DNA of 64,000 nucleotides from an uncultured Pseudobdellovibrionaceae bacterium (GTDB taxonomy: Bacteria > Bdellovibrionota > Bdellovibrionia > Bdellovibrionales > UBA1609), in NCBI GenBank assembly GCA_963803705.1, contig CAWDNU010000003.1:320001-384000 (forward strand), in the 5' to 3' direction. The notes beneath the pieces are model-generated. The model saw only the letters and a program-made list of their open reading frames with translations, searched no databases and had not been told where the DNA came from. Below are positions 31,330 to 41,155 of this stretch, one piece after another. The translations under genes were made by a program, and so were the position numbers. Every line of letters begins with the position of its first letter. Position 1 is the stretch's first letter.

Positions 31330-31342
31330 AATTAATGATTAC

Positions 31343-33250
31343 CTAGTTACCGTATGTTGGCCTAAAAATATAGAGTCCATTCTGGAATTCTCCTATAGAC
31401 ATGGGCGAATTTCTTCTGTTGTTCAAAAATTTCAATGTAAACACCTTGGTAACAGTTTTAAATGGAGTTGTTCTGTTGTCATTACAAATCAGGCCAGCAG
31501 TGATGTCTGCCCTAGGTCCAAGACAATCATAACCGGCCTTAGCGTTAGAGGTAGGATAAATACTAGTGGCTGTGACTCTTATCGAATTTAAAATGTTTCC
31601 TCTAGAAAACTGAGGCTGATCCAATGTAAAGTCCGATACTCTCTCTATAACCAGATCACCGTCATCGGGTGTTAAGACCCCGGTTGCATCAGAGGCACCT
31701 AAATCGATTACAATTCTAGAGCCTCTTCTTGTGTTGTCAAAAACTTCATTCTTTCTAACAAAAAAAACCCCAGTAGGCCTAAATAAGCTTGTTGTTGTTG
31801 TGGCAGCCATATTAGAAAGCCTATTTTCCCGCGCAAAAAACATAAGTGTTGCACTAGGCAAGGCGCCCATAGACGCATCCGTTAGATAATTAAAAACCCT
31901 AACATAGCCGGCACCGCCAGTGCCAGTTTGTCGACCGTTTAAGTCCAGATTCGCGGGTGTTGGCAGCCTTACGTTGACCGCTAGTGAGGCTACATATTTT
32001 AAAGTGTACATTAGACGATCTAAATCTTGTTCTGCCTCTGATATCTTAGATTGCTTTAGACCTACGACTGCCATATTTACGCTAATGTAAGCACCAGTAA
32101 GAAAAATTAATGAGGCAATCGCGCTAGAGATCATCATTTCAATCAATGTAAAACCAGCCGATTTATACAAGTTGGGACTTGATAGTTGTTTATTTGAAGA
32201 TTGCTTCGATTTTGTTACAAACTTCACTGTAAACATTTTTAAATTTTGGAAAAAGAATTTGATATCTGCAAATATCTCTTTGAAGGGAACCCATAAATCG
32301 TATGTATAGGACTGAACTGCTCGGTTTTGATAGTTTGACAGACCAAATTTAAATCTTTCATTTCTTTTTGGATTGTAAAAGGTGCCAAATATGACATCCC
32401 ATACAGAAAGCATTACTCCTAAGTTCACATCCCTGTGAACACGATTTCTGCTGTGGTGAGCTTGGTGCATGTGAGGACTGATAAATATGTAACTTAAAAA
32501 TTTGCCGTAGTTTAACCTTATATGAGAGTGACGCAGGTTCGAGACAAAGCTTAAGAATACATAGTTTAGTAGAGCCATCGTGTACTTATAATCCAAATCT
32601 TTACCAATATGGAAAGCTGAAGCAAGAAGAACTATACCAGGTGCAAACAAAACTGGTTTTAAAATTATCGTATCAACAAAGTATTCAACAGGATGTATAC
32701 GGTCTTTTGTTAAAGGATTTAAAACAGTTGCTCTGTGATGGGTTGCATGAAATTTCCATAACCAAGGGACTTTGTGGTAAAAAAGGTGAACTAAGTAACT
32801 TGCAAAATCCATGTACAGAAGATTTAGTAAAGCCAGTACATATATTCCATATACGGGATCTAGATAAAACACCGGCTCTATACTTTGCAACTGAGCAAGG
32901 TAGGTGTATTCGGTAACCCACTGAATGACCTGACGGTGATTTAATAAAAAATAACCAAATATTATTGGTTTATATATAAATCTTAGGCTTAAATAGAAAA
33001 AATCTTTTTTTAGTTCGAATTTAAAACGAGATGATTTAAGAAAAGATTGAACTCTGTTTAGCGAGGTTTTTCTTTTTATCATTGAATACGCAAAATATAC
33101 CAAGGCAATAATGAAAGCTGATAAAATCCAAAATATGTTGAAGGGCTGACTTAAATCAGTCATAAAGTTTGAAGTAAACTCGGAAAAAAAGTTTACAAAA
33201 CCTTTATACAAAAGACTGAATAAGAGTAACATCTCATTAATCATCTTCAT
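31343..33250 (-). CDS. Fusion of a fatty-acid hydroxylase/sterol desaturase domain and a type IV pilin-like domain
   Basis: His boxes HLFYH, HATHH, HSH, HQAHH; internal SAG|FTLIEMMISSAIASLIFL prepilin motif at about residue 366. Confidence 0.8.
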   Translation of the reverse strand: MKMINEMLLLFSLLYKGFVNFFSEFTSNFMTDLSQPFNIFWILSAFIIALVYFAYSMIKRKTSLNRVQSFLKSSRFKFELKKDFFYLSLRFIYKPIIFGYFLLNHRQVIQWVTEYTYLAQLQSIEPVFYLDPVYGIYVLALLNLLYMDFASYLVHLFYHKVPWLWKFHATHHRATVLNPLTKDRIHPVEYFVDTIILKPVLFAPGIVLLASAFHIGKDLDYKYTMALLNYVFLSFVSNLRHSHIRLNYGKFLSYIFISPHMHQAHHSRNRVHRDVNLGVMLSVWDVIFGTFYNPKRNERFKFGLSNYQNRAVQSYTYDLWVPFKEIFADIKFFFQNLKMFTVKFVTKSKQSSNKQLSSPNLYKSAGFTLIEMMISSAIASLIFLTGAYISVNMAVVGLKQSKISEAEQDLDRLMYTLKYVASLAVNVRLPTPANLDLNGRQTGTGGAGYVRVFNYLTDASMGALPSATLMFFARENRLSNMAATTTTSLFRPTGVFFVRKNEVFDNTRRGSRIVIDLGASDATGVLTPDDGDLVIERVSDFTLDQPQFSRGNILNSIRVTATSIYPTSNAKAGYDCLGPRADITAGLICNDNRTTPFKTVTKVFTLKFLNNRRNSPMSIGEFQNGLYIFRPTYGN

Positions 33251-33350
33251 TGACTTATCCTTTGATAGGCACTAGCGATACCCGCCATAATCGTGACCCT
33301 CAACACCAACGTCACTTCCGTGCTTAGGGCTGTAATTCAATTTGACTCAT

Positions 33351-34778
33351 TTAGTTGCCCATACTGGAGCTACTACTGGGAGTACCACCATCATCACCAT
33401 CAAAGCCTGAACCCATGCCCTGGTCACCGCCGTCACCGTCACTTCCGTCGCCATCGCTAAATGTTGGCGGTGGCGGGGGGGAGTATACACAGCCAGCAGC
33501 TTGAGTTCCCCCACCATTTGCACAATAACCTGGGCCAGTGTAGCTTGCAGGACAACTTGTACAGCTAGGAAGAGCTACTGCAGGAAATCCGCCTCCTATG
33601 GGCGTTCTTGAAATATTGTGTGCAGCATCTACAGCTACTACCTCTATTCGTGGGCTGCATCCAAGACTAATACCAGAAAAACTTAGGTTAAATCCATTTG
33701 GAAGCTCCACAAAACTGTCAGCTGACCTTCCACATAAGGTGACAGTCTTACAGCTTTTCCAACCATCGTTAGGCAGGACCGGAGTTCTAATTGGCCCCCC
33801 TGGACACAATGGTTTCGTATTAGAAGCAACAGGTGACCCCGAGCTGTCCCTGCAGACTAATGCGATAGCTTTTTCGGTTTTAAACTCTGGATTAAAGCGT
33901 ATCTGAACTTCCGGTTCTAGTGTTTGAGTGCAAGTTCCTAAGGGCCCGGTAGAGATGTTTACAGTAGGGGATAATAAATCGGTGTCTGAAGGGGGGATTT
34001 TTGGATAGTTAAAAACTGAACTGGCATCACAATTTGAGTTATTATCGTCACTATCGGTATACGAAGTATTAACAGTTACAAGAAAACCTAAATTTGCTAC
34101 GGAATTAAGTTCAGGTAATATATCACCACCCATAAAGTCCGCAGTCTGTGATGAGCTTATATCAACACCAGCAGGCCTAATGCTTAAAGGAAGCGTTGGA
34201 CAACTTAAGTTTCCGTTTACCAAATTGATGGCCTGAATTCTAATTTTTGATTGTATGTTTCGAAGATGGCCCACATCTAGAGTTTCAACCAATTCGGCAG
34301 TTCCTACATTATTATAAACTATGCCATCAGGGTTCGTACAAAAATTAGGATCAGAGTTGTACAAAGAATTTAGTAAAGACATCGATCCAATTAAAGCCTT
34401 ATGATTACGTAGATAAAGTGTGGCACCGTCCTGACGAAAAAGTTCGGCATTTCCCACGAGCCAATCTTGATCATTGCTAATAAAGTTTAACATATTCATA
34501 GAAGTTGGCGCTGAACGACTCATAGATCCTTCAGATCCACCGTAGCTTAAAACGTTTACAGATTTAACAGCTCCTGTTGATTTAATTTTGTCGACAATGT
34601 CTTGTGACCTTTGTAAGCATGCTGCAAAGTGTGAGTTTTTGATCTGAGACATTCTAGTAGAGCTAAAAACGGTGAAAGATACAGCTACAATCGATAGCAA
34701 AGCAATGGCTATTAAAGATTCAACAAGTGAAAATCCAAATTCCTTTGCTCTTGCCCTTTTTTTGAATTTTATCATCAC
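33351..34778 (-). CDS. Large type IV pilin / pseudopilin-like protein with Cys-rich domain and acidic Gly-rich tail
   Basis: Basic leader then G|FSLVESLIAIALLSIV (class III signal peptide, Glu+5); many Cys; PPPPP then a DG-rich tail. Confidence 0.8.
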   Translation of the reverse strand: MMIKFKKRARAKEFGFSLVESLIAIALLSIVAVSFTVFSSTRMSQIKNSHFAACLQRSQDIVDKIKSTGAVKSVNVLSYGGSEGSMSRSAPTSMNMLNFISNDQDWLVGNAELFRQDGATLYLRNHKALIGSMSLLNSLYNSDPNFCTNPDGIVYNNVGTAELVETLDVGHLRNIQSKIRIQAINLVNGNLSCPTLPLSIRPAGVDISSSQTADFMGGDILPELNSVANLGFLVTVNTSYTDSDDNNSNCDASSVFNYPKIPPSDTDLLSPTVNISTGPLGTCTQTLEPEVQIRFNPEFKTEKAIALVCRDSSGSPVASNTKPLCPGGPIRTPVLPNDGWKSCKTVTLCGRSADSFVELPNGFNLSFSGISLGCSPRIEVVAVDAAHNISRTPIGGGFPAVALPSCTSCPASYTGPGYCANGGGTQAAGCVYSPPPPPTFSDGDGSDGDGGDQGMGSGFDGDDGGTPSSSSSMGN

Positions 34779-34837
34779 AAAGAACTCCTAGCTCTGGTTA
34801 TATAATTTGTTAAAATAGAGTTAAAATCTCTTTCCCA

Positions 34838-34867
34838 TATCTTACCCTGTATCTTACCCTGTATCTT
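34838..34867. repeat. 12-bp tandem repeat (TATCTTACCCTG, about 2.6 copies)
   Basis: tatcttaccctg tatcttaccctg tatctta in the 5' leader of the pilin-like gene. Confidence 0.85.
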
Positions 34868-34876
34868 AACAATAAC

Positions 34877-34903
34877 TTATCGGTTACAGAAATTATGTCC
34901 TGA
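34877..34903 (-). promoter_or_regulatory. Sigma28/FliA-like promoter
   Basis: TCAG-N15-ACCGATAA on the minus strand upstream of the pilin-like gene. Confidence 0.55.
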
Positions 34904-35016
34904 AGTCCGGGTATCTTTGTGCTTCTCTGTTACCAACTCAGACTGTATTAGAGGGATTTTTTTTTATAAGATTTACTTTAGTTATCTGACTGAAACATTT
35001 AGGCAACACTTAGCAC

Positions 35017-36306
35017 CTATGGTTCTAAAATAAGAAGTGGATTCGAACTATTGGGTGACAGCAGTAAGAAATTGTTTCCCACGCCAACCTGATTGGAAAT
35101 AGAGCTTTTGAGATCTACAGATTCAACAAGACTTAGGTTTTCGAACCTTAAAAAGCAGAATTTATCTTTTGAACATCCTGCTGCAATAAATTTTTTACCC
35201 TTGTATTCTAGAATTACTGGACTAGCTTGCCTAGACTCCCTATTCATCTTTATTTTGAAATAAGCCAGGCGCTTACCAGTGCTCAAATTAATCTTATGAA
35301 TCCCGTTAGCGGCGTTTACAAAACCAACACCTAGGTCTGGATCAATTGCAACGCTGCTCTGATTAAATTTTGGAACCAAATATGTCCATAAAACCCTGCC
35401 ATCAAATTTACTTAGGCAATAAATTTTACCATCCCACGAAGAAATATATATTTTATCGTCCCATACACTTGGGGTTGATTTGACAGGAGCACCAAAGTCT
35501 TGGGTCCAAACAACTCTACCTGTGCTTTTAGAAATAGCTCTAAAGGTGTTGTTATTATCGCCGATGAAGATGTTGCTCTTATCAGCTGCCGGCGTAGAGT
35601 GGCTTTGGTTTCCCAAGGGCTCGCTAGTCCAGACCACTTCATTTGTTATCAAATTTAGTTTTACAACGTAGCCATCTGGCCGAACGGTTTCGAAGTTCAA
35701 ATAAAGGTGATTTCCTTCTAGAAGAGGGGTAGCCCCAAAAGTATTTCCGAATTGGGCCATCCAAATAACCTTTTTTGTGCTTAGATCTAAAAAGTAAAAC
35801 CGCCCTGTGTAGTCACCTATAAAAGCAACGTCTTGGATTATTATTGGCGTGCTGTGAAACCCAAAGCCCTTGTTGAATAAGCTTAAAGTCCAATATAGAA
35901 TTTTATTTTTATACACTTCAACAATCCCTTGGTCGCCTGCCACAATGGTATAAGGGTCTAAATGCATTGGCGTAGACTTACTAGCGCCATGACCTGAGTA
36001 GTTAATATTTGTTTCACCTATTGAATTCAATTTTAGGTCTATTGGATCGAATTTTATTTTAAAGTATCCTTGCCTAAGGGCTCCCCCGCGGTACTGCGCT
36101 ATTTTATTTGATTTAAGAATTGCCTTCAGCCTTGATGGTTTAATTTCATTGACATGAAATATATTAGGTTTAAAGAACTTATGCCGGTTGTAATAGGTAG
36201 ACCGAATTTCTAGTTGTGTGGGATTATAGATAAAAACAACTACGAATACTAAAGACAGGGCAACCAGCAAATAGAAAAAAAGTAATTTAAATTTGTTTAC
36301 AAACAT
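35017..36306 (-). CDS. Membrane-anchored PQQ-like (BamB-type) beta-propeller protein
   Basis: Repeats such as STP.......IGD.....A.....G.V.W. The likely start is ATG 36306 (MFVNKFKLLFF), overlapping the upstream gene end, followed by a TM anchor. Confidence 0.8.
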   Translation of the reverse strand: MFVNKFKLLFFYLLVALSLVFVVVFIYNPTQLEIRSTYYNRHKFFKPNIFHVNEIKPSRLKAILKSNKIAQYRGGALRQGYFKIKFDPIDLKLNSIGETNINYSGHGASKSTPMHLDPYTIVAGDQGIVEVYKNKILYWTLSLFNKGFGFHSTPIIIQDVAFIGDYTGRFYFLDLSTKKVIWMAQFGNTFGATPLLEGNHLYLNFETVRPDGYVVKLNLITNEVVWTSEPLGNQSHSTPAADKSNIFIGDNNNTFRAISKSTGRVVWTQDFGAPVKSTPSVWDDKIYISSWDGKIYCLSKFDGRVLWTYLVPKFNQSSVAIDPDLGVGFVNAANGIHKINLSTGKRLAYFKIKMNRESRQASPVILEYKGKKFIAAGCSKDKFCFLRFENLSLVESVDLKSSISNQVGVGNNFLLLSPNSSNPLLILEP

Positions 36307-37462
36307 CTTTATAATTCCGTATTTCGGTATATTTGGTTTGAGTGGTTCGTTTAGATTCCAGTAGAAATAAAAACTTTTTTTCAGGGTTTCTTTCACATAA
36401 CCGACGTAAAAAAGAATCAAAGACAACAGGGTCACATCTAACCCTAAGAGACCTAGCCAACCCAGGGATATCTACAGAGACTACGTCCGAATTAGATTTT
36501 ATTTCATATAAAGTGTTTCTACACACTAACCTAGCGTCAAGCATATTCAGTGACAAGTATCTTACGTATCCGTCCATGGCTGCATCAAATGGTTGCAATC
36601 TGACAGTCAAATTCCAAACAAGCAACAGCACTATGAACAGTGATGAGACTGTCTGTGGTACGTTCTTAAAATCAAAAAAATTCATAGATGGTTTAAGACT
36701 CTCGTTTTTAAGGTAAGAAGCAATTTCAATATAAAAAAGTGGAAATAATAAACCTGTCATTATAAGCGGGTAATACATTCCTACCACTAATATTGAGTAC
36801 AAATGAAAAAGAAAGAGCTGCAGTAAAGTAAGCCTTCTAAGAAAAGCGCTTTTAGCCATCAAGCCCCAAATTAAGACTAACTCTAATACTGGAACATAAG
36901 CTAAGCTTAGGACTTGAAAAGGCCCCTTAAATAAATATTGACTATATGTTGTTAACGAAGCCCCTGACAGCCATTCAAGATTTAGCTTTAAAAGACCAGC
37001 AAAGAAGTACTGCAGGCACAAGACAAACCGGTATTTACCCAAAGAGTATCTGTCTAGTAGGGTGATTATTATCATTGTTAAATGCATGGTGTGATAATTA
37101 CCCATCATATTATAACGAGACAGTAAAATGGTGGCTTTTAAAAAGAATAAGAAAACAAATAGTCTATAAAAAACTTTCTTTTTACCTATCAGAATTAGAA
37201 AGATAGTTGCTACACTTATGATTAAATAGCTAAAAAAAATGACTTTTATGTAAAGCAAATCACTAAAAACTAGTTTGTAACAATTTTTAAATACTGGATA
37301 GCAATAAATTTGATGGTTTTCTAGACTGTAATTTAACCATACTGATCTTAAAATCCAAAAGTAAGCAGTAACTAAATGTGAAAAAGTTAATCCTAGCAGG
37401 ATAGAGCTGTAATAGTTGTATTTGATCTTACTTAAAATTCTTTTAGTAATTAGATAAACCAT
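36287..37462 (-). CDS. HTTM / vitamin K-dependent gamma-carboxylase-like membrane protein
   Basis: Multi-TM; NYH; QYFFAGLLKLNLEWLSG (HTTM signature with Lys); E followed by FLFH. Confidence 0.65.
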   Translation of the reverse strand: MVYLITKRILSKIKYNYYSSILLGLTFSHLVTAYFWILRSVWLNYSLENHQIYCYPVFKNCYKLVFSDLLYIKVIFFSYLIISVATIFLILIGKKKVFYRLFVFLFFLKATILLSRYNMMGNYHTMHLTMIIITLLDRYSLGKYRFVLCLQYFFAGLLKLNLEWLSGASLTTYSQYLFKGPFQVLSLAYVPVLELVLIWGLMAKSAFLRRLTLLQLFLFHLYSILVVGMYYPLIMTGLLFPLFYIEIASYLKNESLKPSMNFFDFKNVPQTVSSLFIVLLLVWNLTVRLQPFDAAMDGYVRYLSLNMLDARLVCRNTLYEIKSNSDVVSVDIPGLARSLRVRCDPVVFDSFLRRLCERNPEKKFLFLLESKRTTQTKYTEIRNYKDVCKQI

Positions 37463-37880
37463 ATTTAACCGAATTTTTGAAAGTTGTGTTTTTTATTTTG
37501 CATTTGTTTATATTCGAAAAACTTAGATCTGAGTTAATAAACTTTACGTTTGTTAATTCGCATTCTTTAAAAACTGTTCCATTTATCCTTGCATTTAAAA
37601 AAGTAGTGTCCTTAACTTTAAACGATTCAACATGCATGCCCTGCATATTAAGACCTACTATTGTGCTGTTCCGTATATCAAGGTTTGACCCACGTTTGTG
37701 ATTAAAATACAAAATTTTAAGATTCGCATTTTCAAGCTTAGTTTCTCTTTTTAAAACTTTACCTTTCTCAAACCAAGAGTTTGGAAAAAGTATGACATCC
37801 TTAAAATTATTTTCTTCTGTTGCAAAAAGACTTATCGAGCTAAAAAGCATGATAAGAAAAATTGAGCTAACCCATTTCAT
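37443..37880 (-). CDS. Exported pentapeptide-repeat-like protein
   Basis: Signal peptide from ATG 37880 (MKWVSSIFL...LFA); five-residue periodicity (TTFLN ARING TVFKE CELTN VKFIN SDLSF). Confidence 0.65.
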   Translation of the reverse strand: MKWVSSIFLIMLFSSISLFATEENNFKDVILFPNSWFEKGKVLKRETKLENANLKILYFNHKRGSNLDIRNSTIVGLNMQGMHVESFKVKDTTFLNARINGTVFKECELTNVKFINSDLSFSNINKCKIKNTTFKNSVKYGLSNY

Positions 37881-37969
37881 ACATACAATGCTAAGGGCAG
37901 GGTTAATTTGAGGCAACCAGTTTATGGTCTTTTGATTCTCTATAACTTAGATTTAAGGTGCAAGATATT

Positions 37970-39412
37970 TTACCATCTACAGTCCAGTAGGTTAGTCTGG
38001 TCCGGAATGTAACTGTAAGAGTATAACTTATAAAACCACCACGGCTTTCGTGTACCTAGATGGTTCCTTATATTATTTTGGTCTAGGTGAATTATATGAT
38101 TATCTTCAACAAATTTAATTTCGAAATTTTCACCGGGGCGATTTTGTTCAAAGCTACGAAGCGCTACGAAAAGTCCTGACTTGCTCATCCAGTCGTTTTT
38201 CTTTCGACCGGCCATTAAAAACGACCTTGGTTTAACTGATTTGATCTGAATAAGCTTTTTATCATGATCAAATAAGTTAAATTTTTTCATAAAGAAGTGG
38301 TTGTTATAGGGCCCTACAATTTTCAAGTTTGAAAACATGGTAAAGTTTCCAGAGGCTTTAAATCCATAGTAAGGCATCATTGCGTAAACGCATAAAAGCA
38401 AGATTTGAAATGCTAACATCAGATCTAGTCTAATGAACCTATAACCAATTAAATCACTAACGGCCGAATCTGTGCCGCTATTGTATAGAAAATATGACAA
38501 AGCCAATATCAAAATCAAGCCTTGTAGAGTTTGAAGTTCGGTAGTGACTTCTAAAAATACGAATCGACCAATTAAACATAAGGGTATAACGAAAATAGAT
38601 GCTGAAAAATAAACTACAGAATTTTTGAACCACAACCCTGTGTTTTGCTTAAAGCCAGGCACAAACAGCAATAGGATTGCAAAAGCTAAAGAAGAGAAAT
38701 CTGAAAAACCTCCTAGCGCTAGATAAGAATGGAGGAAGAACAAAAAATATAGACCATAAATTCTAGTTGATTTAAAAATTAGTAGTATTGGGCTTACTAC
38801 TTCAATAATTCCCACCATATTAGGTGAGGTGTGGCTGATGATCCACGGAAGGTCAGATGTCTGTATTGATATAAAAAATCTTTTTAGCAATTTAACGTGG
38901 TACCAATTTGCGCAAGATTTAATAGGATCGTAGAAATCAAAGTTCAGCTTATGAAGAGCTGCCATAATGTATACAGCGATCATGGCGCACAAAAGATAAA
39001 TCCTGTAATTAATTAGATTGAGTCTAAATTTACCTCTTTTTAAAAAATTTATTATATAAATACTAATAAATATAAAAGTTAAAAATGTACTTAGGGTAAA
39101 GTGGTTGGCACCTCTTGGCCATTCGTAAATGTAAATAGGTAGCATAGTTATAAGAAATATCGCAAAGAGCTGATTGATTCTAATAAGCCAATTAGAAAAA
39201 CCTTTCAGATGGCTTCGACTTAAAGATTTTTTTGCACCTATTAGTAATCCTAAAAAAAAAATTAAGAATGCAAGCGTTAAGATCGCAGCTTCTGTGTGCG
39301 CTAGATACCTAAAGTTATGATAAACTAAAAAAGATAAATATAATAATATAAAACCAACATCAAAAAGTAAACTTTTAAGACCTTGATAAGAGTGCTTACT
39401 TTTTAAATTCAT
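37970..39412 (-). CDS. Second HTTM-like membrane protein
   Basis: Multi-TM; ANH; VYIMAALHKLNFDF.DP..SCA; FFLH; DFS; PYYG.K....FTMFSNL. Confidence 0.65.
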   Translation of the reverse strand: MNLKSKHSYQGLKSLLFDVGFILLYLSFLVYHNFRYLAHTEAAILTLAFLIFFLGLLIGAKKSLSRSHLKGFSNWLIRINQLFAIFLITMLPIYIYEWPRGANHFTLSTFLTFIFISIYIINFLKRGKFRLNLINYRIYLLCAMIAVYIMAALHKLNFDFYDPIKSCANWYHVKLLKRFFISIQTSDLPWIISHTSPNMVGIIEVVSPILLIFKSTRIYGLYFLFFLHSYLALGGFSDFSSLAFAILLLFVPGFKQNTGLWFKNSVVYFSASIFVIPLCLIGRFVFLEVTTELQTLQGLILILALSYFLYNSGTDSAVSDLIGYRFIRLDLMLAFQILLLCVYAMMPYYGFKASGNFTMFSNLKIVGPYNNHFFMKKFNLFDHDKKLIQIKSVKPRSFLMAGRKKNDWMSKSGLFVALRSFEQNRPGENFEIKFVEDNHIIHLDQNNIRNHLGTRKPWWFYKLYSYSYIPDQTNLLDCRW

Positions 39413-40176
39413 TTAGCTTGATTCAAATTCCAATTATAATTCATGTATCTAATTTTAATTTTTCTGGCTTCGGAGTTTTTACTTTTGGGCGAAAATTTAT
39501 TAATCACTTTAAGAACACCATTACCCCATTTTTCGAAATCATCTTTGTACCAGTCGAAAATTTTTGAAACCGTATAAACGTTGTTTTTTGAATTGACTTG
39601 GTTTTTAGTTTTGTCGTTTAGCCACAACTTCATCTGTTGATCAAGCTGATCATCCAGCTTAGAACCTAGATAGGGTTCAAATCTTAGGCTGGGGCAAGAT
39701 ATCGATGCACAGTTTACCGCGGCGTGAATTCTGTAGTCTTTGTATTTGGGACGGATCCATTTATGTTCGATAGTATCTAAATTTTTTATTTGACCATCTA
39801 GCAAACTAAAAAAATTTTGTTTCCATGCGCTTTTAAAAAAAGTGCCTATCTCTTTAATACTTTTTAAAGGATAGTTATCTAGGATTAATTTTACAGTTAG
39901 AGCGTTATAAGCATTAATTAAAAATGCAAGTTGCTGGTTCTTGTTTAATTCACTAAACTCATTTCCTTTTAACTGCTGAATCGAGCTTATATACTTTACA
40001 AATTCGTGGTTCTTGTTCTCATTTACATCTTTTTTAAGGTCTTCGTATTTAAATAAGGCTTCATCGGATAAATAATTTGATAGAACTGAGCCCCAAAGCG
40101 TGTGCTCGTGATCAAAAGCAACAGCATTCGAGCCTAATAGTAATAGTGCGGTAAAAACCAAATGTTTAAATTTCAC
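39409..40176 (-). CDS. DUF547-domain exported protein
   Basis: Motifs LAFLINAYNALT, LDTIEH..IR, RIHAAVNCASISCP.L, SKIFDWY..DF, YNWNLN; signal peptide. Confidence 0.9.
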   Translation of the reverse strand: MKFKHLVFTALLLLGSNAVAFDHEHTLWGSVLSNYLSDEALFKYEDLKKDVNENKNHEFVKYISSIQQLKGNEFSELNKNQQLAFLINAYNALTVKLILDNYPLKSIKEIGTFFKSAWKQNFFSLLDGQIKNLDTIEHKWIRPKYKDYRIHAAVNCASISCPSLRFEPYLGSKLDDQLDQQMKLWLNDKTKNQVNSKNNVYTVSKIFDWYKDDFEKWGNGVLKVINKFSPKSKNSEARKIKIRYMNYNWNLNQAK

Positions 40177-40390
40177 TTAAAACTCCTTATAACCAAACAT
40201 AGCTAAGTATTTATGAAAGAAACTTCTTTTATAAATAATAGGTCAGCTAACAATAAATTTCTAGTTTTAAGAACACGATTTACTTTTAGTATGTATAGTA
40301 GCAAAAGACCAAAACCAAGTCCTTGACTACTTTTCTAAATATCATTGATTTCCTTGCAAATTATTTTGTCTGGTACATGGCTGTACTTAT

Positions 40391-41155
40391 TTAGTAGTGT
40401 CTTACCGCAAATGTTTGAGTCATTCTGCTGCGACCGGAGCAACCAGTTCCACCATTAAGGCAAAAAGTGACACTAAAACACTCTGTGTGACTTCGAGTGC
40501 AATTTATAAAGTTAGAACCTACCTGTGTCGGAGCAGAATCAGTTGGCAGTTCAATTCTGGCTCCTGCTTCTGTAGTTGGCATCACAACAGTTCCCATTGC
40601 GTCCACCACAGGCGGTATATAAGTGGCAGCCTCTGTGTATTCACGCACAGGCTGCATGGCGCTGAAGGGGTCGTTAACGTTGCCACTTCCGCCATTATTT
40701 CCACCATTGCTTCCACCAATACTTCCACTATTGCTTCCACTACTGCTATAACTGGCATGCGCTGTTTTAATCATTTGGTTTATAGCGAACCTGTGTATAG
40801 ATGGAGTGTTAAAGTTTTGAACTATGCTTTGCGAGCTAGAAATACAGATGTCTCTGCCTCGGGTCTGAGAGGAGTTAAAGCAATTGTCCGCATCTAAATT
40901 AACCCAGCATAGTTTTACCGGTGCAACTGCCGCTACATTTTGTAGCTCACGGCTTCCCACCGGGCAGCCAGAAAGCTGCTGGCCTAAATCGTAAGCAAGC
41001 TTCACAGTAGAACTTAAAGATTCTACCATTTCAATTTTTTGATACATCTCTTTGTAAGCTGAACTTGTTTGTACCTTCTTCATATGAATATCGTTGATAC
41101 TACTTATAATAAAACCATTTAAAGCTATTATCATGGCTACGAATGCGATTTGCAT
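40391..41155 (-). CDS. Hypothetical N-terminally anchored, Cys-paired exported protein (pilin-accessory-like)
   Basis: N-terminal hydrophobic helix; several Cys pairs; Gly/Ser/Asn-rich linker; RBS AGGGAG; GCCGATAA upstream. Confidence 0.55.
   Translation of the reverse strand: MQIAFVAMIIALNGFIISSINDIHMKKVQTSSAYKEMYQKIEMVESLSSTVKLAYDLGQQLSGCPVGSRELQNVAAVAPVKLCWVNLDADNCFNSSQTRGRDICISSSQSIVQNFNTPSIHRFAINQMIKTAHASYSSSGSNSGSIGGSNGGNNGGSGNVNDPFSAMQPVREYTEAATYIPPVVDAMGTVVMPTTEAGARIELPTDSAPTQVGSNFINCTRSHTECFSVTFCLNGGTGCSGRSRMTQTFAVRHY

Noticed and set aside
35017..36306. Calling the beta-propeller bamB or a PQQ dehydrogenase
   Set aside because: No lipobox, no bam/der context, and no dehydrogenase catalytic features.
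36307..36435. N-terminal extensions in the ORF track (also 51399-51458, 60908-60946, 42486-42524)
   Set aside because: Downstream starts fit better with RBS position, signal peptides or gene overlaps.
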